Notes under the pieces: model-generated
The model's input: the letters and a program-made list of their open reading frames with translations, nothing else
What the model was told of the DNA's origin: nothing
Databases searched by the model: none
Position numbers and translations under genes: made by a program
Part shown: piece after piece, positions 8,731 through 19,401 of the stretch
Layout of the letters: each line of letters opens with the position of its first letter
Numbering within the stretch: the stretch's first letter is position 1
Origin: Meyerozyma guilliermondii
Taxonomy: Eukaryota
Assembly (NCBI GenBank): GCA_051546255.1
Contig: CP128817.1
Location: forward strand, 1,426,001 to 1,490,000
Length of the DNA: 64,000 nt
Direction: 5' to 3'

Positions 8731-10761
8731 ATGTTATCAACAAGGCAATGTGTTTCAACTTATAGCATGTTATTCAGGAGATTCTATGCATCCACGAGTA
8801 CCTTTACACTACGTGATTACCAAAATGAAGCTATAGATTCCGTATTGGCCGCGTTGAACCGAGGAGTCAAAAGACCAGCGGTGGTGCTTGCCACCGGAGG
8901 TGGAAAAACGGTGGTATTTTCACATCTTTTGCCTCATATAAAGCCGAACGTGTTGCTGGGAGGCTCTAAAGTACTTGTACTAGCTCACAAAGAGGAACTC
9001 ATAAAACAGGCGGCCGATAAAATTCAATTTGCAAATCCACACCTTGAAGTGTCAATTGACATGAGACGACTAAAGCCCACTTCTACTTCAGATGTGATCG
9101 TGGCATCAGTACCGACGTTGATACGACAGACCCGGCTTGAAAAGTACAATCCAGACGAATTTAAGGCGATTATATTGGACGAATGCCATCACGCAACTGC
9201 TCGTTCATGGAATAAAATTCTCCACTATTTCAATGCAGATACACCAAATCTGGATATAGCTGTTATTGGCTTTACTGCTACAATGGAACGGAGCGATGGT
9301 CAGTCTCTTGGTGCAATGTTTGACGAGATAGTCTTTGAAAGAGACCTACTCACTATGATAAAAAATGAAGAGTTGGTGGATGTTCGATTTTCCACCATCG
9401 ATGTCGACGTCGACTTGAACTCTGTGGCTATCAAGAACAACGACTACGACAGTGTCGACTTATCAAGAGCGATGAACTCATTTGACGTGAACCTATTAGT
9501 CGCTCGATCTTACTCTGAGCTCAGAAAACGTTACAGTTTTGCATCTACCTTGATATTTTGCGTCGATATAAATCATTGCAAAACCCTTTGTGGTGTGCTT
9601 CAATCTCAGGGAATCAACGCTCAATACGTAACTGGGGAGACAGCAAAACATGAACGGCGAGCCATCATAGAAGACTTCAAAAACGGCACGATCAACGTCT
9701 TGTGCAATGTTCAAGTTTTCACCGAGGGTACCGACATACCCAACATCGACTCTTTATTCTTGGCTCGTCCCACCAAGTCGAGGCCCCTCCTTGTACAAAT
9801 GATTGGACGAGGCCTTCGTTTGCACGGCAATAAATCACTCTGTCATGTAGTTGATATTGCTGGAACTCGAAACACTGGAGTCACTTCCGTTCCCACGCTT
9901 TTTTCGCTCCCATCAGATTTCACCATTGATGGACGCTCGTATGAAGATATGGTGAAGGCAAGGGAGGAGTATGAATTGGAAGCAGCCAGGTTGAGCAGAG
10001 AGGAAGCCATTGAGAAAGAAAGAGCCCGCAGAGAAGAAGAGGTTGCAATATCCAGGAAGCTAGAAGAGATAGCTACTATGGAACACAATCTTGAATTAAA
10101 GTTCAAAACGTTTGATGGGTTTCTTGAGTTAGAAGCATCTGAATCGAAAAAATTTGGAGACAATTCCAATGTCAATTCGGCTATTCGCAACAATTCTTTG
10201 GACTGGATTAGACTCGAATATGATGTTTGGGGTCACCAGCTAGACATGGACGGTTTCTACTTGCTAGAGCGTCTGTATACGGGAAAGAAGGAAGAACCAT
10301 ACTTCTCGTTATCTATAATGCGATTTGCATCGAGAGAGCAGAAAATAGCAAGTAACTACAAATGTGGGAAATTTTCCAACAAATCGGTCCTTGACATAAA
10401 CAAGAACCTCGAGACAATACTCAAGCGTGCTGAATCACTTCGCTCGCAAATGAAAAAGACAAATTATTATATGGCTCGAAAAGGTGATTCAAATATTACT
10501 AGCAACCAAGTTGATTTTATTTGCAAGAAACTCAAGGCAAGAGCTCGTGATCAGTATGCGAGCACACAGGAGGATTATGAAGAGAAGCTTAAGGCGGAGG
10601 TTCTGAAATTTGACAGAACAAGGGCTACAAATTTAATTTTTGCAATCAAGTATTCACTGAAATCCTTATGGGTGAATTGGGAACTTCAGCGAATTCTTGG
10701 CTTGGGAAGCAAGGTCCGGCTGCGAATTCGTACGATAACAAAGCAAGCAACAATGGCTTAG
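8731..10761 (+). CDS. IRC3: Mitochondrial SF2 DNA helicase Irc3
   Basis: LATGGGKTVVF, ILDECHH, GFTAT, VFTEGTDIPNID, QMIGRGLR; mitochondrial-type N-terminus; adjacent to GPI8 as in S. cerevisiae. Confidence 0.92.
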   Translation: MLSTRQCVSTYSMLFRRFYASTSTFTLRDYQNEAIDSVLAALNRGVKRPAVVLATGGGKTVVFSHLLPHIKPNVLLGGSKVLVLAHKEELIKQAADKIQFANPHLEVSIDMRRLKPTSTSDVIVASVPTLIRQTRLEKYNPDEFKAIILDECHHATARSWNKILHYFNADTPNLDIAVIGFTATMERSDGQSLGAMFDEIVFERDLLTMIKNEELVDVRFSTIDVDVDLNSVAIKNNDYDSVDLSRAMNSFDVNLLVARSYSELRKRYSFASTLIFCVDINHCKTLCGVLQSQGINAQYVTGETAKHERRAIIEDFKNGTINVLCNVQVFTEGTDIPNIDSLFLARPTKSRPLLVQMIGRGLRLHGNKSLCHVVDIAGTRNTGVTSVPTLFSLPSDFTIDGRSYEDMVKAREEYELEAARLSREEAIEKERARREEEVAISRKLEEIATMEHNLELKFKTFDGFLELEASESKKFGDNSNVNSAIRNNSLDWIRLEYDVWGHQLDMDGFYLLERLYTGKKEEPYFSLSIMRFASREQKIASNYKCGKFSNKSVLDINKNLETILKRAESLRSQMKKTNYYMARKGDSNITSNQVDFICKKLKARARDQYASTQEDYEEKLKAEVLKFDRTRATNLIFAIKYSLKSLWVNWELQRILGLGSKVRLRIRTITKQATMA

Positions 10762-10847
10762 ACCTTGTGTAGTTGTGTAGTGTCTTACTTGTATATACAG
10801 GAACAGCGTTCTATGAATACGCGGTCTCAGGTTTATAATCATCTCTA

Positions 10848-11990
10848 ATGAAGATCGTTACCCTCTGGATATGGGTTTTTTTAGCAGCTCTAGGGCGTGC
10901 TTCGGACAGTGGACCAGATCATGTGTTGGAAAATGATATCAACAATGACTCACATCATACAAATAATTGGGCGGTTTTGGTTTCCACTTCTCGGTTTTGG
11001 TTCAATTACAGACACATGGCTAACGTCCTTAGTTTGTACAGAACGGTGAAAAGAATGGGTATTCCCGACTCTCAAATCATATTAATGCTTTCTGATGATA
11101 TTGCATGTAATCCACGAAATGCCTTCCCAGGAACCGTATTCAATAACATGGATCAAGCTATTGATTTGTATGGTGAACTGGTTGAAGTTGACTATCGAGG
11201 TTACGAAGTTACAGTGGAAAACTTCGTCAGATTACTCACAGATAGGTGGGATAGTAATCATCCAAGATCTAAGCGATTAATGACAGACGAAAACTCTAAT
11301 ATTTTCATCTACTTAACAGGACATGGTGGTAACGAATTCTTAAAATTCCAGGATGCTGAAGAAATAGGAGCGTATGACATTGCCGATGCGTTTGAACAGA
11401 TGTACGAGAAGAAGAGGTACAACGAAATCTTTTTCATGATAGACACTTGTCAAGCAAACTCGATGTACGAACGGTTTTACTCTCCTAATATATTGGCGGT
11501 TGGATCCTCCAAGGTGGATGAATCTTCGTACTCTCATCACTCAGACTTGGATCTCGGGGTTGCTGTCATCGACAGATTCACATACTATACGCTTGAGTTT
11601 CTCGAGAAAATCGACAAGAACTCCAATGTTACGATGGATAAGCTTTTTGATGAGTATACTTTCGAGAACGTGCATTCCACACCCGGAATCAGAACCGATC
11701 TTTTCCGCCGTAATGTCAGCGAAGTAAGACTTACTGATTTTTTTGGCAACGTCCAAGATATGGAAGTAGATACAGCTCAAGACGAGAAAATCATGCACAT
11801 CATGAACGAGGTACACAAGCAAGAAGCCCAGGAACTGCCCCGCGAGAGCCAGGCAGAGGTTACATTTAAAAGCACTTATGGTAAACTCGACGAACGAACT
11901 GCATTAGTTAAGGTCAGTGGAACTCAGAAGAGACTTATTGCTGGCTTTACTGCGTGTGTGTTGGTGGGTTTATGGGTTATAGCGAAATAA
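10848..11990 (+). CDS. GPI8: GPI-anchor transamidase catalytic subunit (peptidase C13)
   Basis: Signal peptide, HTNNWAVLVSTSRFWFNYRH, YLTGHGG, IDTCQA and a C-terminal TM segment. Confidence 0.97.
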   Translation: MKIVTLWIWVFLAALGRASDSGPDHVLENDINNDSHHTNNWAVLVSTSRFWFNYRHMANVLSLYRTVKRMGIPDSQIILMLSDDIACNPRNAFPGTVFNNMDQAIDLYGELVEVDYRGYEVTVENFVRLLTDRWDSNHPRSKRLMTDENSNIFIYLTGHGGNEFLKFQDAEEIGAYDIADAFEQMYEKKRYNEIFFMIDTCQANSMYERFYSPNILAVGSSKVDESSYSHHSDLDLGVAVIDRFTYYTLEFLEKIDKNSNVTMDKLFDEYTFENVHSTPGIRTDLFRRNVSEVRLTDFFGNVQDMEVDTAQDEKIMHIMNEVHKQEAQELPRESQAEVTFKSTYGKLDERTALVKVSGTQKRLIAGFTACVLVGLWVIAK

Positions 11991-12264
11991 GGTTAATCTA
12001 ATAAGAGAATAATTGAACAAAATTAATTAGAATTCATACTTTGGTAGTGGTTGGTGATAATGCAGAAAATGACAAAATTACAAAAAATGTCAAAAAGGTC
12101 ATTTTGTACAATGAAGAACCCAGTCCCATGATTTTAACTCATTTTCACCAAATTCTTCATAACCACACACAAACCCTTCTTAAGACCCCAATATTTGTCA
12201 GAACATATGGAGGTCGGTTTACGACTGGTGCAATTCCTGCACAAGAGCATGGGCCGCCCCCACA

Positions 12265-12285
12265 ACGCGCGTCGCAATGTAAACA
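12265..12285. promoter_or_regulatory. MCB-like palindrome ACGCGCGT and forkhead site GTAAACA in STU1 promoter
   Basis: ACGCGCGT at 12265-12272 and GTAAACA at 12279-12285, ~70-90 bp before the likely ATG at 12354. Confidence 0.5.
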
Positions 12286-12353
12286 TGCAGTCCTTCAAAA
12301 CAATCAACAGTTACACATTTCATCACAAACTGGAACAGGACCAACACTTCAAA

Positions 12354-15300
12354 ATGGTGCCTGGTGATAGATTGGTACAGATAGTGAGGTCAGAGGTCCC
12401 GGCAAGCCATAAATTAGCCGCTATTGTAGACCTCAAAACCCATATAAAAACCAATCATGTTAATATGACCCAGGTTCATTTCTACATTGAAGCACTTTCT
12501 TTGGCAGTTGATATTCCAGATCACGGTATTCTGAGCAATGCTTTTAGTACGTTGTCTCATTTGGTCAAAAGAATAAGCATTCAAGACCTGACTGGGTCGA
12601 TTTTGGAGTCTCATGCTTCATTGATCTTGCCATCGATAATTACAAGACTCGGGGATTCCAGATCAAGCAGTCGAACCGCAGCGAAAAACGCGCTTGAGGC
12701 ATTCTGGCTCCTGAAACCTGCAAAGGTGGAGCAATATCTCAGAGATATAGGGTTGGCTCACCGTAATTCCACCATTGCTTGTGAGTGCGTTAGTTGGCTT
12801 CGCCATATTTTCTCCATCACTCCTCACTTCAAACTCACGTCATTCCTTCCCACCCTCGTCCTGCTACTCACAAAAAACCTGCAACAGCTTCAAAACGAGG
12901 TATGTGCATTACTTCAGTCATACTATAAGCTCAAGCACAACAAAATTTTCCAAATCGATCTTCTCAAAGAATTTGAAAATCAAAACATCCCTTCTGATGT
13001 GCAGAATTCCATGTTACCTGACATCGCCCCCTATATCAAACCGGAGCCTACCGTCAAGTCCCACAGTGCCCCTATAAAGCCAACAAGATCAACTTCCATA
13101 CGAACGTCAAGACCTCCATCTCGAGCATCTTCCCTCATTAGAAGCTCCTCTACGTCATCTAACTTGAGCGGCCACCGAACGTTGACAGTAGAAAAGATTC
13201 CCGAAACTGTCTCTGAGATCCTAGCGCTGCTCCCTGGCTACGGAGTCGATTTTAACATTTCCGCAAAAAACGTCACGGATTATCACGACCTTCACGAGCA
13301 ATTTCAAAGCCCTGCTTTCCAAGGTAAAGAAACCGAATTCAATTGGACGGCTCGAGAAAAATACATCGTTAACTTGAGGGCTATCATACGTGGAAACGCT
13401 CTTAAACACTATCAGGATGATCTCATATCATGCATCAAGGAATCGAGCGAAAATATCATTAAAGCAGCAACATCGCTTCGAACAACTTTGAGTACAAATG
13501 GATGCCAGCTTGTCAAGGAGATAGCAATAATGCTTGGTACAAACGCTGATCCACTCATTGATTGTTTTATGAGTACCTTCATGAAACTTTGCTCGTCTAC
13601 CAAAAATATCACTTCCAACAATGCAAATATTGTCTTGTGTGCTTTATTCTCCAACTGCTCGTTCAACTCCAAAATCATGGTCCGTGCACTAATGGCGTCA
13701 CTGGAGAAGAATGCCCAACCTCGTACATTCAGTGGTATTTGGCTCCAAATATTTGTCACCAGATTCCAAAGTGCGTTACATCAGAACACGCAAAACAAAG
13801 TTACAGGTGTTGAGCTTTGTCAAACTACGTTGATGAAAATATTGAAAGATCCTAATCCGACTGTACGTACTTCGGCGAAAACAGCATACTGGTGTTTTGC
13901 GAATGAGTTTCCTGAAGAAGCTCAAGTGTTACTTTCGAAATTGGACACCAACACAGTACGTGCATTACAACGATCAAAACCTCTGACACCGGTTAGTGCG
14001 CCCTCCCATGCAGCTACTAACGGACCTGCAAGTACGCAACCTTCGACTTTCCGAAAAACTGAATTTAGGGAAAGTTCAAATAAGCCTCATATTGCACTGA
14101 AAATGACAGCAAATCTAACGATGGAAAACAACTACAGAGATAAGTTGCTGAATGCCATACCTGAGAGAGTAGTAGCTGAACCTATACCCTCCAATCAGCC
14201 ACGCAAATGGACCGCAAAATTGCATACTCAAAGCCCTGTTGAGAGACTGTGGAACAATACTCCAGAAATTGCTACTCCTGCTCAAAAGACCCCCGAAGCT
14301 CCTAAAAGTGTATCACCTATACCATATTCTGATGAGGGCCAAAAGAATGTTACTGATGGCACAGTGGACGCAGACCATGACAGTCCAATGAAGAACGGCG
14401 ATCAGGACAAGGATATAATTTTAAACTTTTTATCATCCTTCGACGATACCATTTTGGCAGAAGGCGTTGGTCTACTCAAATTTGCAATAATTGCCGAAGA
14501 AGAATTATCGCAAGAGTTCCCTGCGTTACTTGCGAAGATTTCCAATAGGGACCCTTCGAAGTTGGAGCGTCTCTTTACTGTTTCGGATGAATTCTATAAA
14601 AAATCGTTTCGTCTATTCAGCTTATCAGATTATTTGAGGCTTTCGTTTGTCTTCATCGACAATATCGATTCTTCTTTCGTTCTGTTTATGATATCACAAG
14701 CATCACTGGAGGAACTTTTCGACTGCATTATCCGCATTTTATCTTACACCACAGATCGAACAAATATTGTTGAAGGAGACGGTGTAATGAGACAAGTTAT
14801 ACGTTACAAACAACGTCTTTGGCGTTCGATGTTTAACTTTTTAACATTGGGTTTGGATAAAATGGCTATTAGTGACGGAAACTTTAGAATGCTTTCGGCA
14901 GGCTTATTCGAAGTGTTTTTGTTGGTGCAACATACTCCACTCTATGAGGTTGTGAAAGGGTTACTAAGGAAGTTATACCCGATTAATAGAACTCTCTTCA
15001 CTTCTGAATTGCAGCTGACCAGTCCCACCATCATCAGTGAAGTTGAGAGAACCGTTGGGATTGACAACACCCTCAGTTTGTCGAACGGTCAAGATTTTAC
15101 ACAGTATACTTCGGTCATGGAATTGACAAAAGTGAATCCGGTGGATGTTTTGAGTAGACTATCACCGGTCAAAGATTTTGACAATTTTTCTACTTTGATG
15201 GAAATCAAAGAAGGAGAGAAAGATAGCGATTGCGAGATGCACGATGATCCTGAAGTCAAAGAAACGGAGAGCAAGGTACTAGGCAGCACGCCAAATTTTT

Positions 15301-16409
15301 CAGAACCTGAAGAGCGATTACACTCGGATCATGACGTCAACGTGTTTGTCGATCAGGATGGACTCCGTAGGTCAGACATGTTTGCAAAGTTCAGTCAATC
15401 GGCAACTCCATCATCGGGACTTGTTGATGGTTTAGCGCTGGTGCAGTTATCTGAGAATGAAGATGGAAGAGTGAGCCTAATTCAGGATTTTATCGAGAAG
15501 GTTGACCCCTTGAAAAGGCTTTCTTCAAAAAGACGTTCGGTATCAATCTATGAAGATAATAACGACTTTGGGTCTCCGCAAAAAGTCAAGGAACACTCAT
15601 ACTCGACATTCAACTGGTTTAACTTTCAGGTTGCACGAGCAGCAAACACGAGCTGCTACAACTTCATACCAGAAAATGATGTGTCTCATTTTCAGAAACT
15701 TTGTTCTCGACTCGAACTGAAAACAATCGAAGGACTGGATTTCATGTTTCTTCTTAACCTACTTCAGTCTCTGGTATATCGTGGATCTGAATTTTACGAC
15801 TACTTCCAACAGGAAGGGTTTGAGGTTCTTGTGTCCTCGCTATGGAAGTTTTTAGGCGATCAGGACCTCTCATCATCACTTAAATTACAAGGTTTGATCA
15901 TCGTGAAACAGTTACTTGTGAACCGCGAGCCAATGGAAATACAAAACTTATGGCGCAGTCTTGTGCTACTCAGCGTTGAAACATCAGCACAAGACGAACT
16001 ATATCATGGAATCAGAGAAACATTCGACGAGATGTTATCAGGACTCTATGCTACACAAAGCTTGCTAATGCTTGTGGTTCAAACAGCCAAGGAACCTCAA
16101 CTCGTTGACTCTACTCGCGTATTTGTGTATGACTGCTTGTTCAAGACATTAAATGCCAGTTCTAATTCAGCCTTTTGGACAAATACGCTACTTATAGAGG
16201 TGGATTTATCGTTGAGGCATTTCATGGATAGCGATATCGTAGACGTTCGCCGCTACGTCATGCTAAGCTATGGGATTTTGCACAAGATTATCCGCAGTCG
16301 TCAGGCGGCACCGATTGCATCGAATGATAAACCGGTCATTACCCATGATATTCTCGACGGTATGACTGGCCCCCAGCAAAAGTTAGTGTGCTACTATAGC
16401 CAAAGTTAG
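12354..16409 (+). CDS. STU1: CLASP-family microtubule-associated protein Stu1
   Basis: CLASP_N/TOG-like repeats (FQGKETEFNWTARE, SLRTTLS..GCQL, DPNP.VR..A..AYW) and a C-terminal Q.KL..YY motif. Start at 12354 (AAAATGG) is preferred; the exact start is uncertain. Confidence 0.9.
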   Translation: MVPGDRLVQIVRSEVPASHKLAAIVDLKTHIKTNHVNMTQVHFYIEALSLAVDIPDHGILSNAFSTLSHLVKRISIQDLTGSILESHASLILPSIITRLGDSRSSSRTAAKNALEAFWLLKPAKVEQYLRDIGLAHRNSTIACECVSWLRHIFSITPHFKLTSFLPTLVLLLTKNLQQLQNEVCALLQSYYKLKHNKIFQIDLLKEFENQNIPSDVQNSMLPDIAPYIKPEPTVKSHSAPIKPTRSTSIRTSRPPSRASSLIRSSSTSSNLSGHRTLTVEKIPETVSEILALLPGYGVDFNISAKNVTDYHDLHEQFQSPAFQGKETEFNWTAREKYIVNLRAIIRGNALKHYQDDLISCIKESSENIIKAATSLRTTLSTNGCQLVKEIAIMLGTNADPLIDCFMSTFMKLCSSTKNITSNNANIVLCALFSNCSFNSKIMVRALMASLEKNAQPRTFSGIWLQIFVTRFQSALHQNTQNKVTGVELCQTTLMKILKDPNPTVRTSAKTAYWCFANEFPEEAQVLLSKLDTNTVRALQRSKPLTPVSAPSHAATNGPASTQPSTFRKTEFRESSNKPHIALKMTANLTMENNYRDKLLNAIPERVVAEPIPSNQPRKWTAKLHTQSPVERLWNNTPEIATPAQKTPEAPKSVSPIPYSDEGQKNVTDGTVDADHDSPMKNGDQDKDIILNFLSSFDDTILAEGVGLLKFAIIAEEELSQEFPALLAKISNRDPSKLERLFTVSDEFYKKSFRLFSLSDYLRLSFVFIDNIDSSFVLFMISQASLEELFDCIIRILSYTTDRTNIVEGDGVMRQVIRYKQRLWRSMFNFLTLGLDKMAISDGNFRMLSAGLFEVFLLVQHTPLYEVVKGLLRKLYPINRTLFTSELQLTSPTIISEVERTVGIDNTLSLSNGQDFTQYTSVMELTKVNPVDVLSRLSPVKDFDNFSTLMEIKEGEKDSDCEMHDDPEVKETESKVLGSTPNFSEPEERLHSDHDVNVFVDQDGLRRSDMFAKFSQSATPSSGLVDGLALVQLSENEDGRVSLIQDFIEKVDPLKRLSSKRRSVSIYEDNNDFGSPQKVKEHSYSTFNWFNFQVARAANTSCYNFIPENDVSHFQKLCSRLELKTIEGLDFMFLLNLLQSLVYRGSEFYDYFQQEGFEVLVSSLWKFLGDQDLSSSLKLQGLIIVKQLLVNREPMEIQNLWRSLVLLSVETSAQDELYHGIRETFDEMLSGLYATQSLLMLVVQTAKEPQLVDSTRVFVYDCLFKTLNASSNSAFWTNTLLIEVDLSLRHFMDSDIVDVRRYVMLSYGILHKIIRSRQAAPIASNDKPVITHDILDGMTGPQQKLVCYYSQS

Positions 16410-16484
16410 TGGAGTTTCATATATTTGAATGATATAACCGGTATAACACATCGTAGAAATGAAAAATATGCAAAGAGGATTAGT

Positions 16485-18008
16485 TTATCCTGTGTTCGGT
16501 ATTGAAGATTCTGGGGTTGGTATGAATTGATCTGAATCTAAAACCTTTGGAGAGTCGGCGTTTGCAGTGAAAAATCTCACTTTGGGTGCCGTCTGAGGCT
16601 TTCGTATACCACCTTTATTTCTAAGTAACTCTCTTTTCTTTCTCATCATCGAAGTGCTAGCAACTTGTTGCTTTTCAGAAACCTGGTGGTATCCTGGATG
16701 CATAGCAATCATGGGTGGAGGTTCATACATAGTCTGAAACATATGATCATGAGATGGTTCTTTGTACATGGGCAGGCCCACAAAAGGAGCATGAGGATAA
16801 GGCATGGACCAAGGTTCCGCTTCGACGTATGGATTGTAGACGTACGATTCTGGGAAGGGAACCATATACGGTTGATATTGCATGGCATTGACTGGGTCGT
16901 AAAAATGTGGTTGGAATGCAGAGGGTGGTGGTTGGATAGGATAGCCATAAGAATCGTCCATTTCAGTCGGAGGAGCTGCGACTGGTGCGCCGTATACCAC
17001 CTGCTTGGGAGTTGGTTGAGATTCCACCTGATAAATTTTGGAGTTTGGTTTTATGGGTTGCATTTGCTCGATCAAGTATTCATCTTTGTTTACGAGCGGA
17101 CTGCCATTTCGAGGATTAGCCTGAGGCATTGAAAAATTATAAGATCGAACCATATCGTCGAATGCGACTGAGTATCCTGGTTGTACTTTGTCTAGTGGAA
17201 TATAGTCAGCAGTTGGGACTCTGGCAGAATAAGTCTCTGCCGGGAAGTAATCGAGAGGAAAATCGTCCTCGTCTGAATTTCGTGTTTCTTCATTAATATA
17301 GTCGGCCATTGAGAGGTGGGGATCATTGGATTCGTCTCGAATCGCTGCGGCAGACGATTTGTATTCTGGTTCTTCGTCGTCTTTGGAGGCCCCAACATCA
17401 TTGGCAGCCACATCGTCCGTCATTTGGCGACTCAACATCACTTCCAACAGCATTGACTCGTTATATGTGAATGAAGTTGCCGGGTCCCTCTCTGCAATCG
17501 TAGTAGGCTTTTGGCCCATTTTTTCCTTTTTGAGATCCCGTTCCAACGCATCAGCCATCAACTTGTCGTGAGGAACGTTGAACCAGAAGAAAACCTTTTG
17601 CTTTTTTTGGGTTCGTAAACACGAATTTTTGTAAAGGAACTTCAAAAACTCCGATCTGGGAGCTTCGAGAACAGCATCGGAATCTCGCTTGAGGTTACGG
17701 AGATCGGAAAATATACCCTCTTCAAACTTTTTTCTGTCTATAATTCGACGCCCGAAATGTGTAAACTTGTACACAATACATCGTACTATATCAGTTCCCG
17801 TAATGAAATAGAGATTATTCCAAAAAACACAGCTAACGAAACCCTCATCCGAATTGAGATAATATCGACGTATAACCTGGTTTTCTTGCCAATTTGCCGG
17901 TGCCGTAGCTAAAAAGAACTTGAGATCCTCGATCAACCTCAAAGATTCTCTAACTTCATCCGACAAATGACTGGGTTCTCGGCTCTCGGCCTTCACAATC
18001 TGCGACAT
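16485..18008 (-). CDS. STE12: Ste12/Cph1 homeodomain-like transcription factor
   Basis: STE domain: LKFFLATAPANW, GFVSCVFWNNLYFITGTDIVR, KKFEEGIFSDLRNLK, RTQKKQKVFFWF.VPHDKL. Confidence 0.97.
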   Translation of the reverse strand: MSQIVKAESREPSHLSDEVRESLRLIEDLKFFLATAPANWQENQVIRRYYLNSDEGFVSCVFWNNLYFITGTDIVRCIVYKFTHFGRRIIDRKKFEEGIFSDLRNLKRDSDAVLEAPRSEFLKFLYKNSCLRTQKKQKVFFWFNVPHDKLMADALERDLKKEKMGQKPTTIAERDPATSFTYNESMLLEVMLSRQMTDDVAANDVGASKDDEEPEYKSSAAAIRDESNDPHLSMADYINEETRNSDEDDFPLDYFPAETYSARVPTADYIPLDKVQPGYSVAFDDMVRSYNFSMPQANPRNGSPLVNKDEYLIEQMQPIKPNSKIYQVESQPTPKQVVYGAPVAAPPTEMDDSYGYPIQPPPSAFQPHFYDPVNAMQYQPYMVPFPESYVYNPYVEAEPWSMPYPHAPFVGLPMYKEPSHDHMFQTMYEPPPMIAMHPGYHQVSEKQQVASTSMMRKKRELLRNKGGIRKPQTAPKVRFFTANADSPKVLDSDQFIPTPESSIPNTG

Positions 18009-18139
18009 AAGTACAACCGATCAAGGGTGGATATGTGACGTCGGGTACCACTGAAAACGATTGAGTACTGCTTCAAAGAGCAATACCAGTACAATTGAAG
18101 TTGTGTTGTGAAAGAACGGAACTGTATCAGATTCAAACG

Positions 18140-18269
18140 TGAAACTGACCCGATTAATATATGCCGGCTCGATGCCAATGTGGATGTTTCAGAATGCGAA
18201 CTTGAAACAACCGTTGTCCGGTCTAGACCAAGAGCCCGCTTACATCAGCCATAGTTAACCGGTGTTTCA
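18140..18269. promoter_or_regulatory. Cluster of pheromone response elements (TGAAACA) with a Tec1-type TCS in the STE12 promoter
   Basis: TGTTTCA at 18185, AGAATG at 18191, TGAAACA at 18203, TGTTTCA at 18263, and near-match TGAAACT at 18140. Confidence 0.7.
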
Positions 18270-18438
18270 GATTCCGATCGCAGGCCATCGCGGCCATCGA
18301 GTTTACGACTGGGGTTATACGAGCTAAATCTAAAACTAGCCAAGTAAATATGGGGATATATATGGAAGGTGCCATTGAAGTGCTATTCTTCTTTTATTAT
18401 CAGTAATTCATTGTTGTTCATTATATGGTAGTCATTAT

Positions 18439-19401
18439 TCAACTGATGGTATTCGTGGTTTGATGTTGTATTTCATTCAAGAGTTGTTCGTGGGCAGCAT
18501 GAACCAGGTAGGCTGACTTTGGGGACTCAATTGGCGGCGCAGAGATACCCAAGAGATCCAAAAGTTCTTGGGATGTGTTGTTCGGCTGTGATAGATAGTG
18601 CTTGTAGGTTTCGATGAATCGGAAGTGATCGTCTTCCGATTCGATCATGTAGCTTTTTGGACTGACCCCGTCTTCCACTTTGGCAAGGATAATCAGCTGG
18701 ATACTTTTAAGGGTATCCCACAGTTTGGGAATGAGCAAATTGACGTCCTCCAGATGAGAATAAACTGCCTGAGCTTCAGGACGATGATCTGAAAATCCAT
18801 CACATCCACATTTTTCCAAAATTGAAAGCACACTTCCAGCATTGTTGCTATTTGTTTTGGCCGATCCTGTGATCACGGCAAATTGACCCCCATGAAGATA
18901 GGTTATCGTACGGAGTATTTGCAAGAGTCCTATGCTTGATGACGATAAATGGTCTCGATGCAAACTCGAAGGATCCAAAGCAACCATGAGCTCAAAAGGC
19001 AAGGGGGTGTCACAGAAGTAGGGAGGAAGATCAGGGTCAGGAATTGCCTTTCCTCCATTTATCTTTGATAAATAATAGCCATATGCTTCTCGAGCATATA
19101 CGCTCGTTTTGTCACGCTGTTTCTGTCCATCGAAACGACTGAGAAATCCCATTATGTAAAAAAACGACTGGTAGTCATGGTACCAGACCAAAACCGTACA
19201 TCTATCTTCGACGTTCAACGCCTCTAACAAATATTGTTCCATGGCTTCCACATCGTGAACAAACCATATTTCTTTTTCTGCAAAAACGAAACCCAAAGGT
19301 CCCTTTTGTCGACGGTTTCCAATATCAAAGACCACCACAATTCCTCTGGAACGCCCAGGAGGCGCCAATTTCTCTAGAACATTCAGAGACTGGGGAACCA
19401 T
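18439..19401 (-). CDS. Probable dynein light intermediate chain (Dyn3-like)
   Basis: DLIC-like motifs LQILRTI.YLHGG and LIPK(S)WDT..SI; 320 aa, similar in size to yeast Dyn3. Otherwise very divergent. Confidence 0.55.
   Translation of the reverse strand: MVPQSLNVLEKLAPPGRSRGIVVVFDIGNRRQKGPLGFVFAEKEIWFVHDVEAMEQYLLEALNVEDRCTVLVWYHDYQSFFYIMGFLSRFDGQKQRDKTSVYAREAYGYYLSKINGGKAIPDPDLPPYFCDTPLPFELMVALDPSSLHRDHLSSSSIGLLQILRTITYLHGGQFAVITGSAKTNSNNAGSVLSILEKCGCDGFSDHRPEAQAVYSHLEDVNLLIPKLWDTLKSIQLIILAKVEDGVSPKSYMIESEDDHFRFIETYKHYLSQPNNTSQELLDLLGISAPPIESPKSAYLVHAAHEQLLNEIQHQTTNTIS

Noticed and set aside
12224..12230. ACTGGTG as a possible telomerase RNA template fragment
   Set aside because: Only 7 nt, not a repeat-and-a-half template, and the intergenic gap is too short for a yeast TER.
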